Source: an uncultured Coriobacteriaceae bacterium (GTDB taxonomy: Bacteria > Actinomycetota > Coriobacteriia > Anaerosomatales > SLCP01). Taken from it: a stretch of DNA of 63,567 nt. Both the position numbers and the translations under genes were made by a program. The notes beneath the pieces were generated by a model. The model saw only the letters and a program-made list of their open reading frames with translations. It did no database searches and was not told the DNA's origin. Within the stretch, counting starts at the first letter, position 1, and each line of letters opens with the position of its first letter. The stretch is from contig CAYGFZ010000004.1 in NCBI GenBank assembly GCA_964349355.1, positions 1 through 63,567 on the forward strand, read 5' to 3'. Positions 42,300 through 52,231 of this stretch are shown here, in pieces.

Positions 42300-43925
42300 A
42301 TGCGCGGCAAGCCCAGAGGCATCATCGCCAGCACAATCCTCTTCGTAACGGTCCTGTTCGTCATCTCCGCAGCCGCCATCGTCCTGATCGTACACGCAGA
42401 GGTCAGGGAGCGAGCTTTCGACGATGCGTATGCACGCGCCGATCTCCTCATCTCCCGTAACCTCGCGATACACTCTTACTTCAACGAGGAGCTCAAGCCC
42501 GAGCTCTTCGACGTGTCGGGCGTCTACTTCGACGAAGACTCGTTCATGCCGAGCTGGATGTCATCGACGTACGCGGTCCGGCGTATCACGACCCGGGTCG
42601 ACGACGGATCAGCCGCTTACTACTACAAGGAAGCGGCGATCAACGCCCGGAGTCCCGAGAACGAAGCCGATCGGTACGAGAGGGCGTTCCTTGTCGCACT
42701 CAACGAAGGCGGAACCCATTCCGAGACATCCGGCGTGCGCGAGGTAGACGGCGAACCGGTCTTCTACCTGCTCCGACGTGGCGAGATGATGGAGGAGGCG
42801 TGCTTGCGTTGCCATAGCACGCCGGACAGGGCACCCGCTGAGCTCGTCGCCGAGTTCGGGCCGGAGCGCAGTTTCGGCCGAGAGGTGGGCGAGGTGGTCT
42901 CGGCACTGTCAGTCCACGTGCCCGTCGAAGAAGCGTACGCCAACGCCGATCGAGTCGCGCGCGACCTCTCAGTCCTGATGCTCGGAGTGCTCGCCCTCGT
43001 CATCACAACTTTCTACCTCTTCATCGAACGCCAGATCGTCAAACCACTGCGAGAGGCGACGAAAGCCGCGATTGAGATCGCGGCTGATGCTCGGCCGCTG
43101 GAGTCAGGGATCCCGGTCACGGGAAGTCGCGAGATGCAGGAACTCGGCATGGTGTTCAACTCTCTCGCTTCCTCGCTCAGGGATCGGATGCACGAGTTGG
43201 AGGTGGCGTACCAGGAAGCAACCGAGGCCAATCGTGCCAAGGACAGGTTCCTCGGCAATTTGAGCCATGAGTTGCGCACCCCTCTCAACTCCATCATTGG
43301 CTTCTCCGGTGTGATCGGTGCAGGTCTCGCCGGTCCCCTGACCGACGAGCAGAAACGGCAGCTCGATATGATCTCGCGTTCGGGCAATCACCTCCTCGGC
43401 CTGCTCCAGGATCTGCTCGACTATGCGAAGATCAGCTCCGGCCGCGCGAACGTGAACTCCGCCCCTTTCCTCGTATGCGAGTCAGTAGAGAGAGTCTCAG
43501 AGATACTCAGGGTCGAAGCAGAACGCAAGGGCCTGACCCTACAGGTCGAGGGGTGCGATACGGGTGTGAAGATCGACTCCGACCGCTTGAAGTTCGAGCA
43601 GATACTGCTGAACATCATGGGCAATGCCGTCAAGTTCACAGAAAACGGCACGGTCAACGTACGCATCGAACACACACAGGAGGAGGTTCTCGTCCACATC
43701 ACCGACACCGGATCGGGCATTCCGACCGAGTCGTCCGAGCGCCTCTTCGAGGATTTCTTCCAGATCACCGGACCCGACGAAGCCAAACCGCGAGGAGCGG
43801 GACTCGGACTTTCGGTCTCGCGCTCGTTCGCACAGCTGCTGGGCGGAGACATCACTCTGACGAGCGAACCCGGCGTGGGCTCCGAGTTCGTGCTCCGACT
43901 CCCCCGGACCGCGCCGAAGGGGTAG
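42300..43925 (+). CDS. sensor histidine kinase with DUF3365-type (CxxCH) extracytoplasmic domain
   Basis: TM helix, ACLRCHSTPD, HAMP-like linker, H-box LSHELRTPLNSI, and HATPase N, G1 and G2 boxes. No response regulator adjacent. Confidence 0.85.
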   Translation: MRGKPRGIIASTILFVTVLFVISAAAIVLIVHAEVRERAFDDAYARADLLISRNLAIHSYFNEELKPELFDVSGVYFDEDSFMPSWMSSTYAVRRITTRVDDGSAAYYYKEAAINARSPENEADRYERAFLVALNEGGTHSETSGVREVDGEPVFYLLRRGEMMEEACLRCHSTPDRAPAELVAEFGPERSFGREVGEVVSALSVHVPVEEAYANADRVARDLSVLMLGVLALVITTFYLFIERQIVKPLREATKAAIEIAADARPLESGIPVTGSREMQELGMVFNSLASSLRDRMHELEVAYQEATEANRAKDRFLGNLSHELRTPLNSIIGFSGVIGAGLAGPLTDEQKRQLDMISRSGNHLLGLLQDLLDYAKISSGRANVNSAPFLVCESVERVSEILRVEAERKGLTLQVEGCDTGVKIDSDRLKFEQILLNIMGNAVKFTENGTVNVRIEHTQEEVLVHITDTGSGIPTESSERLFEDFFQITGPDEAKPRGAGLGLSVSRSFAQLLGGDITLTSEPGVGSEFVLRLPRTAPKG

Positions 43926-44186
43926 CACGGCGCATGCCCGAACGTGCTTGACTCGTTGGGCGCAACCTGTAGTGTTCGCGCTTCCGCCGCACCCGCTGGC
44001 GCCCCACATGGTCTGACCAGCATTTCTGCGGCACACCCCACGTAAGCGACGGGGCCGCGCGGATCGAAGAGATCTGACACGGCCACGGCCCCGATACACA
44101 GGACGCCCGAGCGACGCCGGCGTCCCGCTCCGCGCAATGCGGAGCGGGCGTGAGGCGCGTCCGGACACGGAAAGAAGGAGACACTG

Positions 44187-44730
44187 TTGCAGGCAGCACT
44201 GAACCCGCAGGAGATCAAGGCGAACCTGCTGAGCGGAATGACGGTCGCGCTGGCCATGGTCCCCGAGGCGGTCGCGTTCGCACTGGTCGCTCAGGTCGAT
44301 CCGCTCGCCGGTCTCTACGCGGCGCTCTCGCCGCCATCGGCCTCATCGAGTCGCTCCTCGCACTAAACCTGGTCGACACGATGACCGACACCCGCGGCCG
44401 ACCCAATCGTGAGTGCGTAGCGCAGGGTGCGGCCAACGTGGTCACCGGGTTCTTCGGTGGCATGGGCGGATGCGCGATGATCGGCCAGAGCATGATCAAC
44501 GTGAACGCCGGTGCGCTGAGAAGGCTCTCCGGTATCGCGACGGCGCTCTTCCTGCTCTCTTTCATCCTCTTCGGCTCGTCGCTGATCGAGGCCATCCCAC
44601 TGGGCGCGCTCATCGGCGTGATGTGGCGCCTGAGTCCCGACTGCCTCGAACTGCTCGACAAGGCCAAGGGCATGGTCGAGGTCAACGTGCTGGAGGATCC
44701 GCGCTACTTCGTTGCTGACGACAAGGTGGC
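44187..44730 (+). pseudogene. SulP-family anion permease relic with internal deletions and a frame change
   Basis: AAGGAG plus TTG start. Piece 1 is [32 protein letters not shown]. After a frame change, piece 2 is [18 protein letters not shown]...[22 protein letters not shown]. It then jumps to a STAS-end-like [13 protein letters not shown]. Confidence 0.65.
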
Positions 44731-44880
44731 GCAGGGAGGCCGCTGGACCCCACCAGCGCGGGCGGCGCAGTTGGCTCGCCAGTCTGCGCGGGCTTCCTTC
44801 TGCCAGGGATACATGTGCCTCTTTGTTCCCTTGCGTGAAGGACACCTAACTGATATTGTATCCTCGATGGGAGGACACCC

Positions 44881-46197
44881 ATGGAAGCACTCGAGCAGCT
44901 GATCGTCGATTTCCAGGAACGCCCCCTTCCCGTGGTCAGCCCAAGACTCACGGCTCTTCCGGATGCGTCGAACATGGCCCGAGTCGTCATAGGAATGCGC
45001 CGGTCCGGCAAGACCTACCTGCTATTCCAGGAGATGCAACGGCTCATTGATGCAGGCGTCGAGAAGAACCGACTTCTCTACATCAACTTCGAAGACGACC
45101 GCTTGCAGCCACTCGGGTTCGATGTGCTCGACCGAACACTTGAGACGTTCTACCGGCTGAATCCCGCAGCACGCTCCGGAGACGCATACCTATTCCTTGA
45201 TGAGATCCAGGTGGTGGAGGACTGGTCGCGTTTCGCACGCCGCGTCCTCGACACCGAATCGGCGCGCCTCTATGTGTCCGGATCGTCAGCCAAGATGCTC
45301 TCGACCGAGGTCGCCACGGAGTTCCGCGGACGTGGCTACGCAGTAGAGCTCCTCCCCTTGAGCTTCGCCGAGGCGCTGCTGCACTCCAATGTCGAGCTGC
45401 CCACGGGAAGGCCCGGGTCGCGTGTGCGATCGCAGTTGGAGGCGGCATTCACGAGCTATCTGCGAGTCGGCGGGTTTCCTGACGTGCAGGAATTGGTTGA
45501 AGCCGAGCGTATCCAGACGCTTCAGGACTACGTCCAGCTTGTACTGCTCAGAGACATAATCGATCGGCATGGGATCAAGAACGCGCATGCGGTGCGGTTT
45601 TTCGCACTCGCGCTGCTGCAATCATCCGGTTCACTGACCTCGGTGAACAGACTGGCGAACGATCTGAAGTCGCGCGGGGTCGCGGTTGGCAGGGATACTC
45701 TGTACGACCTTCTCGATCACTTTGTCGACGCTTTCCTGTTGTTCACCATCCCTGTCTTTGACCGCTCACTGCGCGTCCGAGAGGCGAACCCGAAAAAGGT
45801 ATACGCAATCGACCCGGGGCTCGCATTCGCAGTCTCGCCAGTGGGCGTCTCGAACCTCGGTGCGCGACTCGAGAACTCCGTGTACCTTGAGCTGCGTCGG
45901 CGCCTGCGAGGAACCCGCGATGGCGCCATCTCGTACTACTCCACGGCTTCCGGGAGCGAGGTCGATTTCATCGTCGGCGATCCTGAGAGCGGTCACGCGA
46001 CTGGGCTTGTGCAGGTTTGTGCGGACATGCTCAAAACGAGTACCCGTGAACGCGAGATCCGCGCGCTGGTGGACGCAATGAAGGAGACCGGGCTCCGTGA
46101 GTCGACCATAGTGACGATGCATGATTCCGAGGACATCGCGGTGGATGGCGGTGTCATCCGTGTCGTGCCCGCATGGGCGTGGATGCTGCGCGTTTAG
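44881..46197 (+). CDS. AAA ATPase with DUF4143 domain
   Basis: Walker A GMRRSGKT and Walker B LFLDEIQ. C-terminal restriction-endonuclease-like DUF4143 region. Confidence 0.8.
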   Translation: MEALEQLIVDFQERPLPVVSPRLTALPDASNMARVVIGMRRSGKTYLLFQEMQRLIDAGVEKNRLLYINFEDDRLQPLGFDVLDRTLETFYRLNPAARSGDAYLFLDEIQVVEDWSRFARRVLDTESARLYVSGSSAKMLSTEVATEFRGRGYAVELLPLSFAEALLHSNVELPTGRPGSRVRSQLEAAFTSYLRVGGFPDVQELVEAERIQTLQDYVQLVLLRDIIDRHGIKNAHAVRFFALALLQSSGSLTSVNRLANDLKSRGVAVGRDTLYDLLDHFVDAFLLFTIPVFDRSLRVREANPKKVYAIDPGLAFAVSPVGVSNLGARLENSVYLELRRRLRGTRDGAISYYSTASGSEVDFIVGDPESGHATGLVQVCADMLKTSTREREIRALVDAMKETGLRESTIVTMHDSEDIAVDGGVIRVVPAWAWMLRV

Positions 46198-46232
46198 TAC
46201 GGCGCTGCGGTAGAATGGCAAACGCACCATCC

Positions 46233-46308
46233 GCCCCCGTAGCTCAGGGGATAGAGCACAGGTTTCCTAAACCTGGTGTCGCACGTTCGAATCGTGCCGG
46301 GGGCACCA
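46233..46308 (+). tRNA. tRNA-Arg (anticodon CCT), CCA encoded
   Basis: GCCCCCGTAGCTCAGGGGATAGAGCA...CAGGT-TT-CCT-AA-ACCTG...GTTCGAATCGTGCCGGGGGCACCA. Confidence 0.92.
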
Positions 46309-46631
46309 CAGATAACCGCAGGTGTGAGGGGCCAACGGGCCTCTCCTGCCTTGCTGCGCGAATCGGAGCGCCACGCCCGATTCGCAATAACTCACCAGTT
46401 ACGTTAGAGTAGGGTATCCGCGTTCGCGGTATTCCCGTTCGTCTCGACCCGGAGCCAGAACAAGAATGAGCCGTCGTTTCGCATGCCCTGGATGTGGTGA
46501 GGCCGAGGAGCTTACTGGCGGATCCGAACTCGAGACACGTCCCCGCGCTCTGACCCACACAACGCCCGCCTGATCACACCGTAACCGCGACTGTAGATCG
46601 CCAAGACCCCACCACGGAAGGGAACCGCAGT

Positions 46632-46862
46632 ATGCCCCACAGCCAGGTCACCAGAGTCGAGATCGCCGATAGCATCGGGGACGCGTTCATTCGTGGCAGC
46701 GCAGACCGCAACGATATCGTCGGCTGTGCCGTCGACGCAGCGGCACGTCCGCAGGTCATCGCAGTCTTAAGCCGCCTGCCCCACGACCACACGTATCCCA
46801 CGATGCGCGACATCTGGAAGCACCTCGAGGGCATCCCCGTCGAGACCGCTTCGGTCGCGTAG
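46632..46862 (+). CDS. DUF2795-like small protein
   Basis: 76 aa. RNDIVGCAVDAAARPQVIAVLSRLP...YPTMRDIWKHL resembles DUF2795. Confidence 0.55.
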   Translation: MPHSQVTRVEIADSIGDAFIRGSADRNDIVGCAVDAAARPQVIAVLSRLPHDHTYPTMRDIWKHLEGIPVETASVA

Positions 46863-46894
46863 CGCCGCTCCCTTTCGCAAGGACCCGCACACAG

Positions 46895-47368
46895 ATGGCT
46901 GTTCCCATGGACAAGACTCCGGGCGCCGGCGAGCCCCGGGCCGAACAGGACGACCACGCCTCGATGCAGATCGGTGATGTCGCCGAACGCACCGGGCTGT
47001 CGCTGCGCACCATCCGCTACTACGAAGAAGCGGAACTCGTTGCGCCTTCGACCCGCACGCCCGGCGGCTTTCGCCTCTACACCGAGGCCGACTGCGACCG
47101 GCTGGAACTCGTGCGGCAGATGAAGCCGCTCGGCTTCTCGCTCGACGAGGTCCGTGATCTGCTCGACATCCTCGACCGTCTCGATACGGTAGGCCCCGAC
47201 ACGGATGCGGCCACCGCAGACGTCCTCGGCGAACGTCTGGAGCGATTCGCCCGCGCAGCCCAGGAACGATGCGACCGCCTCAGCGAACAGCTCGCCGAGG
47301 CGACATCTGTCACCGGAATGCTGAGACACCGGCTCGGCGACGTGGGCAGCGAGGGCGCAACACGATGA
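46895..47368 (+). CDS. MerR-family transcriptional regulator
   Basis: MQIGDVAERTGLSLRTIRYYEEAELV HTH. ATGA overlap with prfC. Confidence 0.85.
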   Translation: MAVPMDKTPGAGEPRAEQDDHASMQIGDVAERTGLSLRTIRYYEEAELVAPSTRTPGGFRLYTEADCDRLELVRQMKPLGFSLDEVRDLLDILDRLDTVGPDTDAATADVLGERLERFARAAQERCDRLSEQLAEATSVTGMLRHRLGDVGSEGATR

Positions 47369-48966
47369 GCAACACCGGCCCCTCGGCCGTCCGCCGCGAG
47401 GCGGCACGGCGGCGCACCTTCGCCGTGATCAGCCACCCCGACGCAGGCAAGTCGACCCTCACCGAGGCCCTCGCGCTCCACGCGCACGTGATCGGCGAGG
47501 CAGGCGCGGTGCACGGCAAGTCCGGCCGCGCCGGCGTCACCAGCGACTGGATGGCGATGGAGCAACAGCGTGGCATCTCCGTCACCTCGGCGGCTCTGCA
47601 ATTCGACTACCGCGACACTGTGCTTAACCTGCTCGACACACCCGGGCACGCCGACTTCTCGGAGGACACCTACCGGGTGCTCTCGGCGGTCGATTGCGCA
47701 GTGATGCTGCTCGACGCGGCCAAGGGGCTCGAGCCCCAGACGCTCAAGCTCTTCGACGTGTGCCGGCACCGGGACCTGCCCGTCATCACGTTGATCAACA
47801 AGTGGGACCGCCCCGGCCGAGAAGCGCTCGACCTGCTCGACGAGATCGAGAGCCGCCTCGGCCTGCGCCCGACGCCTGTCACATGGCCGATCGGTTATGC
47901 AGGTAACTTCCAGGGACTGATCGACCGCCGCGATCCGTCGAAGCTAATCCGGTTCACGCGCGCGCCCGGAGGAGCGACCGCCGCTCTCGAAGAGCGCCTG
48001 GCGATCGCGGACGCCGCCGAAAAGGAGCTCCCGGGCCTCGCCGCCGCCTCCGAGGAGCTCGAACTGCTCGACGGCATCGGTGCAGACCTTGACCTTGACA
48101 CCTTCCTGGCCGGCACCTCGACGCCCGTCTTCTTCGGTGCGGCAGTATCCAATATCGGCGTGCGCCTGCTGCTCGACGCAATCGTCGATCTCGCTCCCCC
48201 CGCCGCAGCCCGGCCCACTCGTGATGGAAGTGCCCGGCCGGTCGATGCTCCGTTCTCCGGCCTCGTCTTCAAGGTTCAGGCGAACATGAACCCGGCGCAC
48301 CGCGACCGTATCGCCTTCGTCCGCGTCTGCTCGGGTGTCTTCGAGCGCGGTATGATCCTCAACCACGCCGCCACCGGCCGCCCGTTCGCCACCAAGTACG
48401 CGCACTCGATGTTCGGCCAGGACCGGAACTCCGTCGAACTCGCCTACCCCGGCGACATCGTCGGACTCGTGAACGCCGGCGCCCTGCGCCCTGGCGACAC
48501 CCTCCACCAGGGTGAGCCGGTCGAGTACCCGCCGATGCCCACCTTCGCTCCGGAGCACTTCGCCACCGTGCGCACCTCTGACTTGAGCCGCTCGAAACAG
48601 TTCCGAAAAGGCGTCTCCCAGCTCGAGGCCGAAGGAGTCGTCCAGGTGCTGACCTCCGAGCGCCGAGGAGGTCAAGCCCCTGTGCTCGCAGCCGTGGGAC
48701 CGATGCAGTTCGAGGTCGTCTTGCACCGCCTAGAACACGAGTTCGGCACGCCCGCCGTACTCGACGCGCTCCCCTACCAGATCGCGCGACGTACCGACGA
48801 AGCCGGCCGCGAGCAGTTGGAACGTATGCGCGGCGTCGAGGTCTTCACGCGCACCTGCGATGAGGAGACGCTCGCGCTCTTCGCCGACAACTGGCGCCTC
48901 GGCCTGGTCGGCCGGGAGCATCCCGATATCCTTCTCGAGCCCCTGGTGGCTGCCGCAGTCGAGTAG
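47365..48966 (+). CDS. prfC: peptide chain release factor 3
   Basis: RRTFAVISHPDAGKSTLTE G1, DTPGHADF G3 and NKWD G4 motifs. ~530 aa. Confidence 0.93.
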   Translation: MSNTGPSAVRREAARRRTFAVISHPDAGKSTLTEALALHAHVIGEAGAVHGKSGRAGVTSDWMAMEQQRGISVTSAALQFDYRDTVLNLLDTPGHADFSEDTYRVLSAVDCAVMLLDAAKGLEPQTLKLFDVCRHRDLPVITLINKWDRPGREALDLLDEIESRLGLRPTPVTWPIGYAGNFQGLIDRRDPSKLIRFTRAPGGATAALEERLAIADAAEKELPGLAAASEELELLDGIGADLDLDTFLAGTSTPVFFGAAVSNIGVRLLLDAIVDLAPPAAARPTRDGSARPVDAPFSGLVFKVQANMNPAHRDRIAFVRVCSGVFERGMILNHAATGRPFATKYAHSMFGQDRNSVELAYPGDIVGLVNAGALRPGDTLHQGEPVEYPPMPTFAPEHFATVRTSDLSRSKQFRKGVSQLEAEGVVQVLTSERRGGQAPVLAAVGPMQFEVVLHRLEHEFGTPAVLDALPYQIARRTDEAGREQLERMRGVEVFTRTCDEETLALFADNWRLGLVGREHPDILLEPLVAAAVE

Positions 48967-49229
48967 CTCCAAGCGCGATCGCTCGCCGATGCCGGGACTC
49001 GATGAGCGCGACGAGGGTGCCTACCAGCGCCGGGGCGATGAGCCCCGGTTGTAGTGACGTGAAACCTAAGAGCAGGTAGAGCGCAGCGCTCGCGCTCACG
49101 AGCACGGCCGCGCTTCGCGCGACAACCTTCGACGACTCGTCGACGACTCGCTCATCATCCCCCCTCGGCACATTGCAGCTCTGAGAGTATACTCGTTCGG
49201 CTCACACCCTGACCGATGCGCTACGATTC

Positions 49230-50306
49230 GTGGTGCGTGCGCCGCACGTACCGTCCGCCGTGGCCGAGGAGACCTCAACCAGCGTGTCATCGCCTCCGCA
49301 CTGCCATCGCCGTTCAGAGTCGCGGCCCCGCCGCTCGGGGCTCGCCCGCGCGATCGTTCCCTCGGTCGTGCTCGGGGCCGTGGTGTTGTTCGTACTCGCC
49401 ATCGTCGCCGACGGCTCCGAGATGCTTGCCGCGCTCCGCTCGTTCCGGCCAGAGTACCTTGCGGCCGCGCTCGCGCTGGCGAGCGGCAACTACGTGATCC
49501 GGTTCGTGCGCTGGCACGTCTACCTGCGCACGCTCGCGGTCGACGTGCCTGCGCGCACGAGCGCAGGGGTCTTCTTCAGCGGGCTTTCGATGGCCATCAC
49601 GCCAGGCAAGCTCGGCGAGCTGCTCAAGTGCGTGATGTTGCGCGACCGGGCGGGTGCGCCTGTGTCCCTCACCGCGCCGGCGGTGATCGCCGAGCGCTTC
49701 ACCGATCTGGCGGCGGTGCTCCTCCTCGTCTCGCTCGGGATCCTCTCGTACCCCTCGGTGCGGCCTCTCTTCATCGCCGGTGTAGTGGCCGTTGCTGTGG
49801 TGTTCGTCGCGCTCACGCTCTCGCCTGCGCTCGTCGACCGGCTCGGTGCGGCGCTCTCCCGCTCGCTGCTCAAGGGCCGCGACATACAGTGGGCCGCCGA
49901 GTCCTCCCAGGCGTTCCGCACGCTGCTCGCCGGCCGCGTGCTCGTGGCCGGGCTCGTCCTCGGCGTGGCAGCGTGGTTCGCCGAGTGCGTCGCGTTCTGG
50001 CTCATCGTGCACGGCCTCGGCCTCGAGCTCACGCTCTTCCAGGCGACGCTCGCGTACGCGGTCGCGACGCTCGCGGGTGCGCTCTCGATGCTGCCCGGCG
50101 GCCTCGGCGTGACAGAGGCCTCGATGACCGGTCTGCTCGTCACGATGGGCCTCACGCTCACGGGCGCCTCGGCGAGCACGCTCATCATCCGCGCCTGCAC
50201 CCTGTGGTGGGGCGTGTTCGTGGGGCTGGCGTTCTATGCGGCGCACGCCGCCGAGGCGCGTCGCGCATTGGCAGAACTCGCCGCTGCCGAGGAGGGCTCG
50301 ACGTAG
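49230..50306 (+). CDS. flippase-like / lysylphosphatidylglycerol-synthase TM-region (UPF0104) membrane protein
   Basis: Polytopic. RFVRWHVYL and ITPGKLGELLK motifs typical of UPF0104. Start uncertain. Confidence 0.75.
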   Translation: MVRAPHVPSAVAEETSTSVSSPPHCHRRSESRPRRSGLARAIVPSVVLGAVVLFVLAIVADGSEMLAALRSFRPEYLAAALALASGNYVIRFVRWHVYLRTLAVDVPARTSAGVFFSGLSMAITPGKLGELLKCVMLRDRAGAPVSLTAPAVIAERFTDLAAVLLLVSLGILSYPSVRPLFIAGVVAVAVVFVALTLSPALVDRLGAALSRSLLKGRDIQWAAESSQAFRTLLAGRVLVAGLVLGVAAWFAECVAFWLIVHGLGLELTLFQATLAYAVATLAGALSMLPGGLGVTEASMTGLLVTMGLTLTGASASTLIIRACTLWWGVFVGLAFYAAHAAEARRALAELAAAEEGST

Positions 50307-50346
50307 CCTGCGGCGCGAGATCGCACTTCGCCGCGGCCCGCGACCC

Positions 50347-52014
50347 TCACTCAGCCGGACCGGTGATCCGCCACCACGTGAGCGGCGCGGGTCCGTCGAG
50401 CGTCTCGACGGTGTAGCGCTCCAGCAGGAGCGACTCGATGATCTCCTTGTTCTCGACGCGCGCCGCATACATCGGGTCGGAGGCGACGATGTCGCCTGGT
50501 TCGAGCACCTCGACCCACTCGGCGGTGCGCTCGAGCAGCACGGGCTGGCTCGCGGCGAACACGCGGGTGGCCGGAGCGGTCTCCACGACGATGCGGGGGA
50601 GCACTCCTCGGCGCACGCTGTCCACGACGATGCGCTCGGCGCCGCGCACCGTCTCGCGCATCGTGGCGGTGGGGCGTGGCTCGGTGAGGTGGTCTACGTG
50701 CATGGGTGCGAACACGACGAGCGCCCACGCGATGACGACGACGGTCGCAGCGCGGGCGTCGAGGCGGCGCAGGAGCACCGCGGGCAAGAAGGCCAGGAAC
50801 GGCCACGCGGCGGCCAGGTAGCGTGGCCCCATCGCGTGAGTGGGGCTCTGGCCGGTGAGGTAGAGGTAGACGATGGCTCCGGTCATCCACACGCCGAGGA
50901 AGAGCATAGCGAGCTCCTTGCGCCGCGAGGGCCGCGGGTGGCCGACGATCGGCCCCGCCTCGTCTGCGGCCGGCTCGTGGCCTGACGGTTCGGCGGCGCG
51001 TGGCCGCCGGAGTGCGGCGAGCAGTGCCCCGGCGACGGCGGCACCGATGGCGATCAGGCCGCGCACGCGCCACCGCACGCTCTCTATCTCGCCGAGGGTC
51101 CACTCGGTGAGCCGACGCGGCACGAAGTACGCGGCGATCGAGGTGATCGTCCGCTCGATTCGCATGAGGAAGCCATGAGCGTTGAGCGCCTGGGCCTGCG
51201 CCTGTTGCGTGTCGAAGGCGACGCGGAAGCCGGGGTGCATCGTGACGAACAGCAACGCGCCCGCGCCCGCTGCACCGCCGCCCACGAGGATCGGCCGCGG
51301 GTCCCGAAGCATCACCGAGGCGGCTGCCATCCATACGAGTATGCCGGCGAGCATCACGGCGAAGTGGTAGTGCGTCGCTATGCCGAGCGCCGCGGTCAGC
51401 GCGAGGAACGCGCCTGCTCGCAGCCCCGGACGCGGCTGCGTCACGATGGTGTGAGCCGCAAGCGCCGCCAGTACGCCGAGCAACGCGAGAAGTCCGTACT
51501 GCCGTGCGACGATCGACACGCCGATGACCGGGGGCGCGAGCGCCCAGAAGACGACGACGCCCGAGGCGCGCAGCGCGTCGCCGCAGACGCGCATCGCGAG
51601 CACGAAGAGCGCGATGCCGGTCGCGACGGCGATCACCACGCCGAGCGCGATGGAGCTCGCCGGCGAGAGCCCGAAGACGAGCGACCAGAGGTGGAGCAGC
51701 CAGAAGTAGGCGGGCGGGTGGATGTCGATGTGAGCGAGGTCGTGACGGATGGTGCCCAAGGCGAACGGCCGCGGCCGTTCGATGAGCTCGCGCCACGCGG
51801 CCGCATCGACCCACTCGCCTGCGTATCCCGAGCCGGGCTGCTCGGCGGCCTGGTAGAGGGCCTGGGTGCCCGCTGCCGCGAGGAACGTGATTCCCTCGTC
51901 GTGCTCGATCGAGGTCTTGTGCGCGGTGGTGAGCCCGATGAGTACCGCGCTTGTCGCAAGCGCGACAGCTACGGTGACGGCGGCTGCCCACCTCTGACGA
52001 TGGATCCCGTCCAC
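50347..52014 (-). CDS. GT-C fold (GT39/ArnT-like) membrane glycosyltransferase
   Basis: HDEGITF near the first TM, HPPAYFWLL loop motif, ~11 TM helices and a C-terminal soluble domain. Confidence 0.7.
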   Translation of the reverse strand: MDGIHRQRWAAAVTVAVALATSAVLIGLTTAHKTSIEHDEGITFLAAAGTQALYQAAEQPGSGYAGEWVDAAAWRELIERPRPFALGTIRHDLAHIDIHPPAYFWLLHLWSLVFGLSPASSIALGVVIAVATGIALFVLAMRVCGDALRASGVVVFWALAPPVIGVSIVARQYGLLALLGVLAALAAHTIVTQPRPGLRAGAFLALTAALGIATHYHFAVMLAGILVWMAAASVMLRDPRPILVGGGAAGAGALLFVTMHPGFRVAFDTQQAQAQALNAHGFLMRIERTITSIAAYFVPRRLTEWTLGEIESVRWRVRGLIAIGAAVAGALLAALRRPRAAEPSGHEPAADEAGPIVGHPRPSRRKELAMLFLGVWMTGAIVYLYLTGQSPTHAMGPRYLAAAWPFLAFLPAVLLRRLDARAATVVVIAWALVVFAPMHVDHLTEPRPTATMRETVRGAERIVVDSVRRGVLPRIVVETAPATRVFAASQPVLLERTAEWVEVLEPGDIVASDPMYAARVENKEIIESLLLERYTVETLDGPAPLTWWRITGPAE

Positions 52015-52231
52015 GCATTCCCCCTGCTATCCGTCTGCCTCTCGGCACTACCCCCTGCGGCGAGGACAGTATACCCGGTCGGTCCGACATGATGGCGCGG
52101 TCTCAGACTCGATCGGGCTGACACGGTGATGCGGCCCTGCACCCGGCTGGACCGGCTCGATAGCGTGTGGCGGGCGATGCGGCTATCATGGCGGGAATGC
52201 CGGGTCACGGTGCGAGACGAGGGGGGCGGGG

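Noticed and set aside
46466-46552. 28-codon ORF MSRRFACPGCGEAEELTGG... downstream of tRNA-Arg.
   Set aside because: It is too short, carries only half of a zinc-ribbon pattern and has no RBS. It is probably a chance ORF or a remnant.
46233-46631. tRNA-Arg as an integration site, looking for an att direct repeat of its 3' end.
   Set aside because: No copy of the tRNA 3' segment was seen by eye in the intergenic regions of the window. The genes to its right (DUF2795, merR, prfC) look core-like.
48845-49171. 108-aa minus-strand ORF with two hydrophobic helices, overlapping the 3' end of prfC by ~120 nt.
   Set aside because: The C-terminal half is Arg-rich antisense-type sequence, and the long convergent overlap with prfC is implausible. 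A shorter real membrane peptide cannot be excluded.
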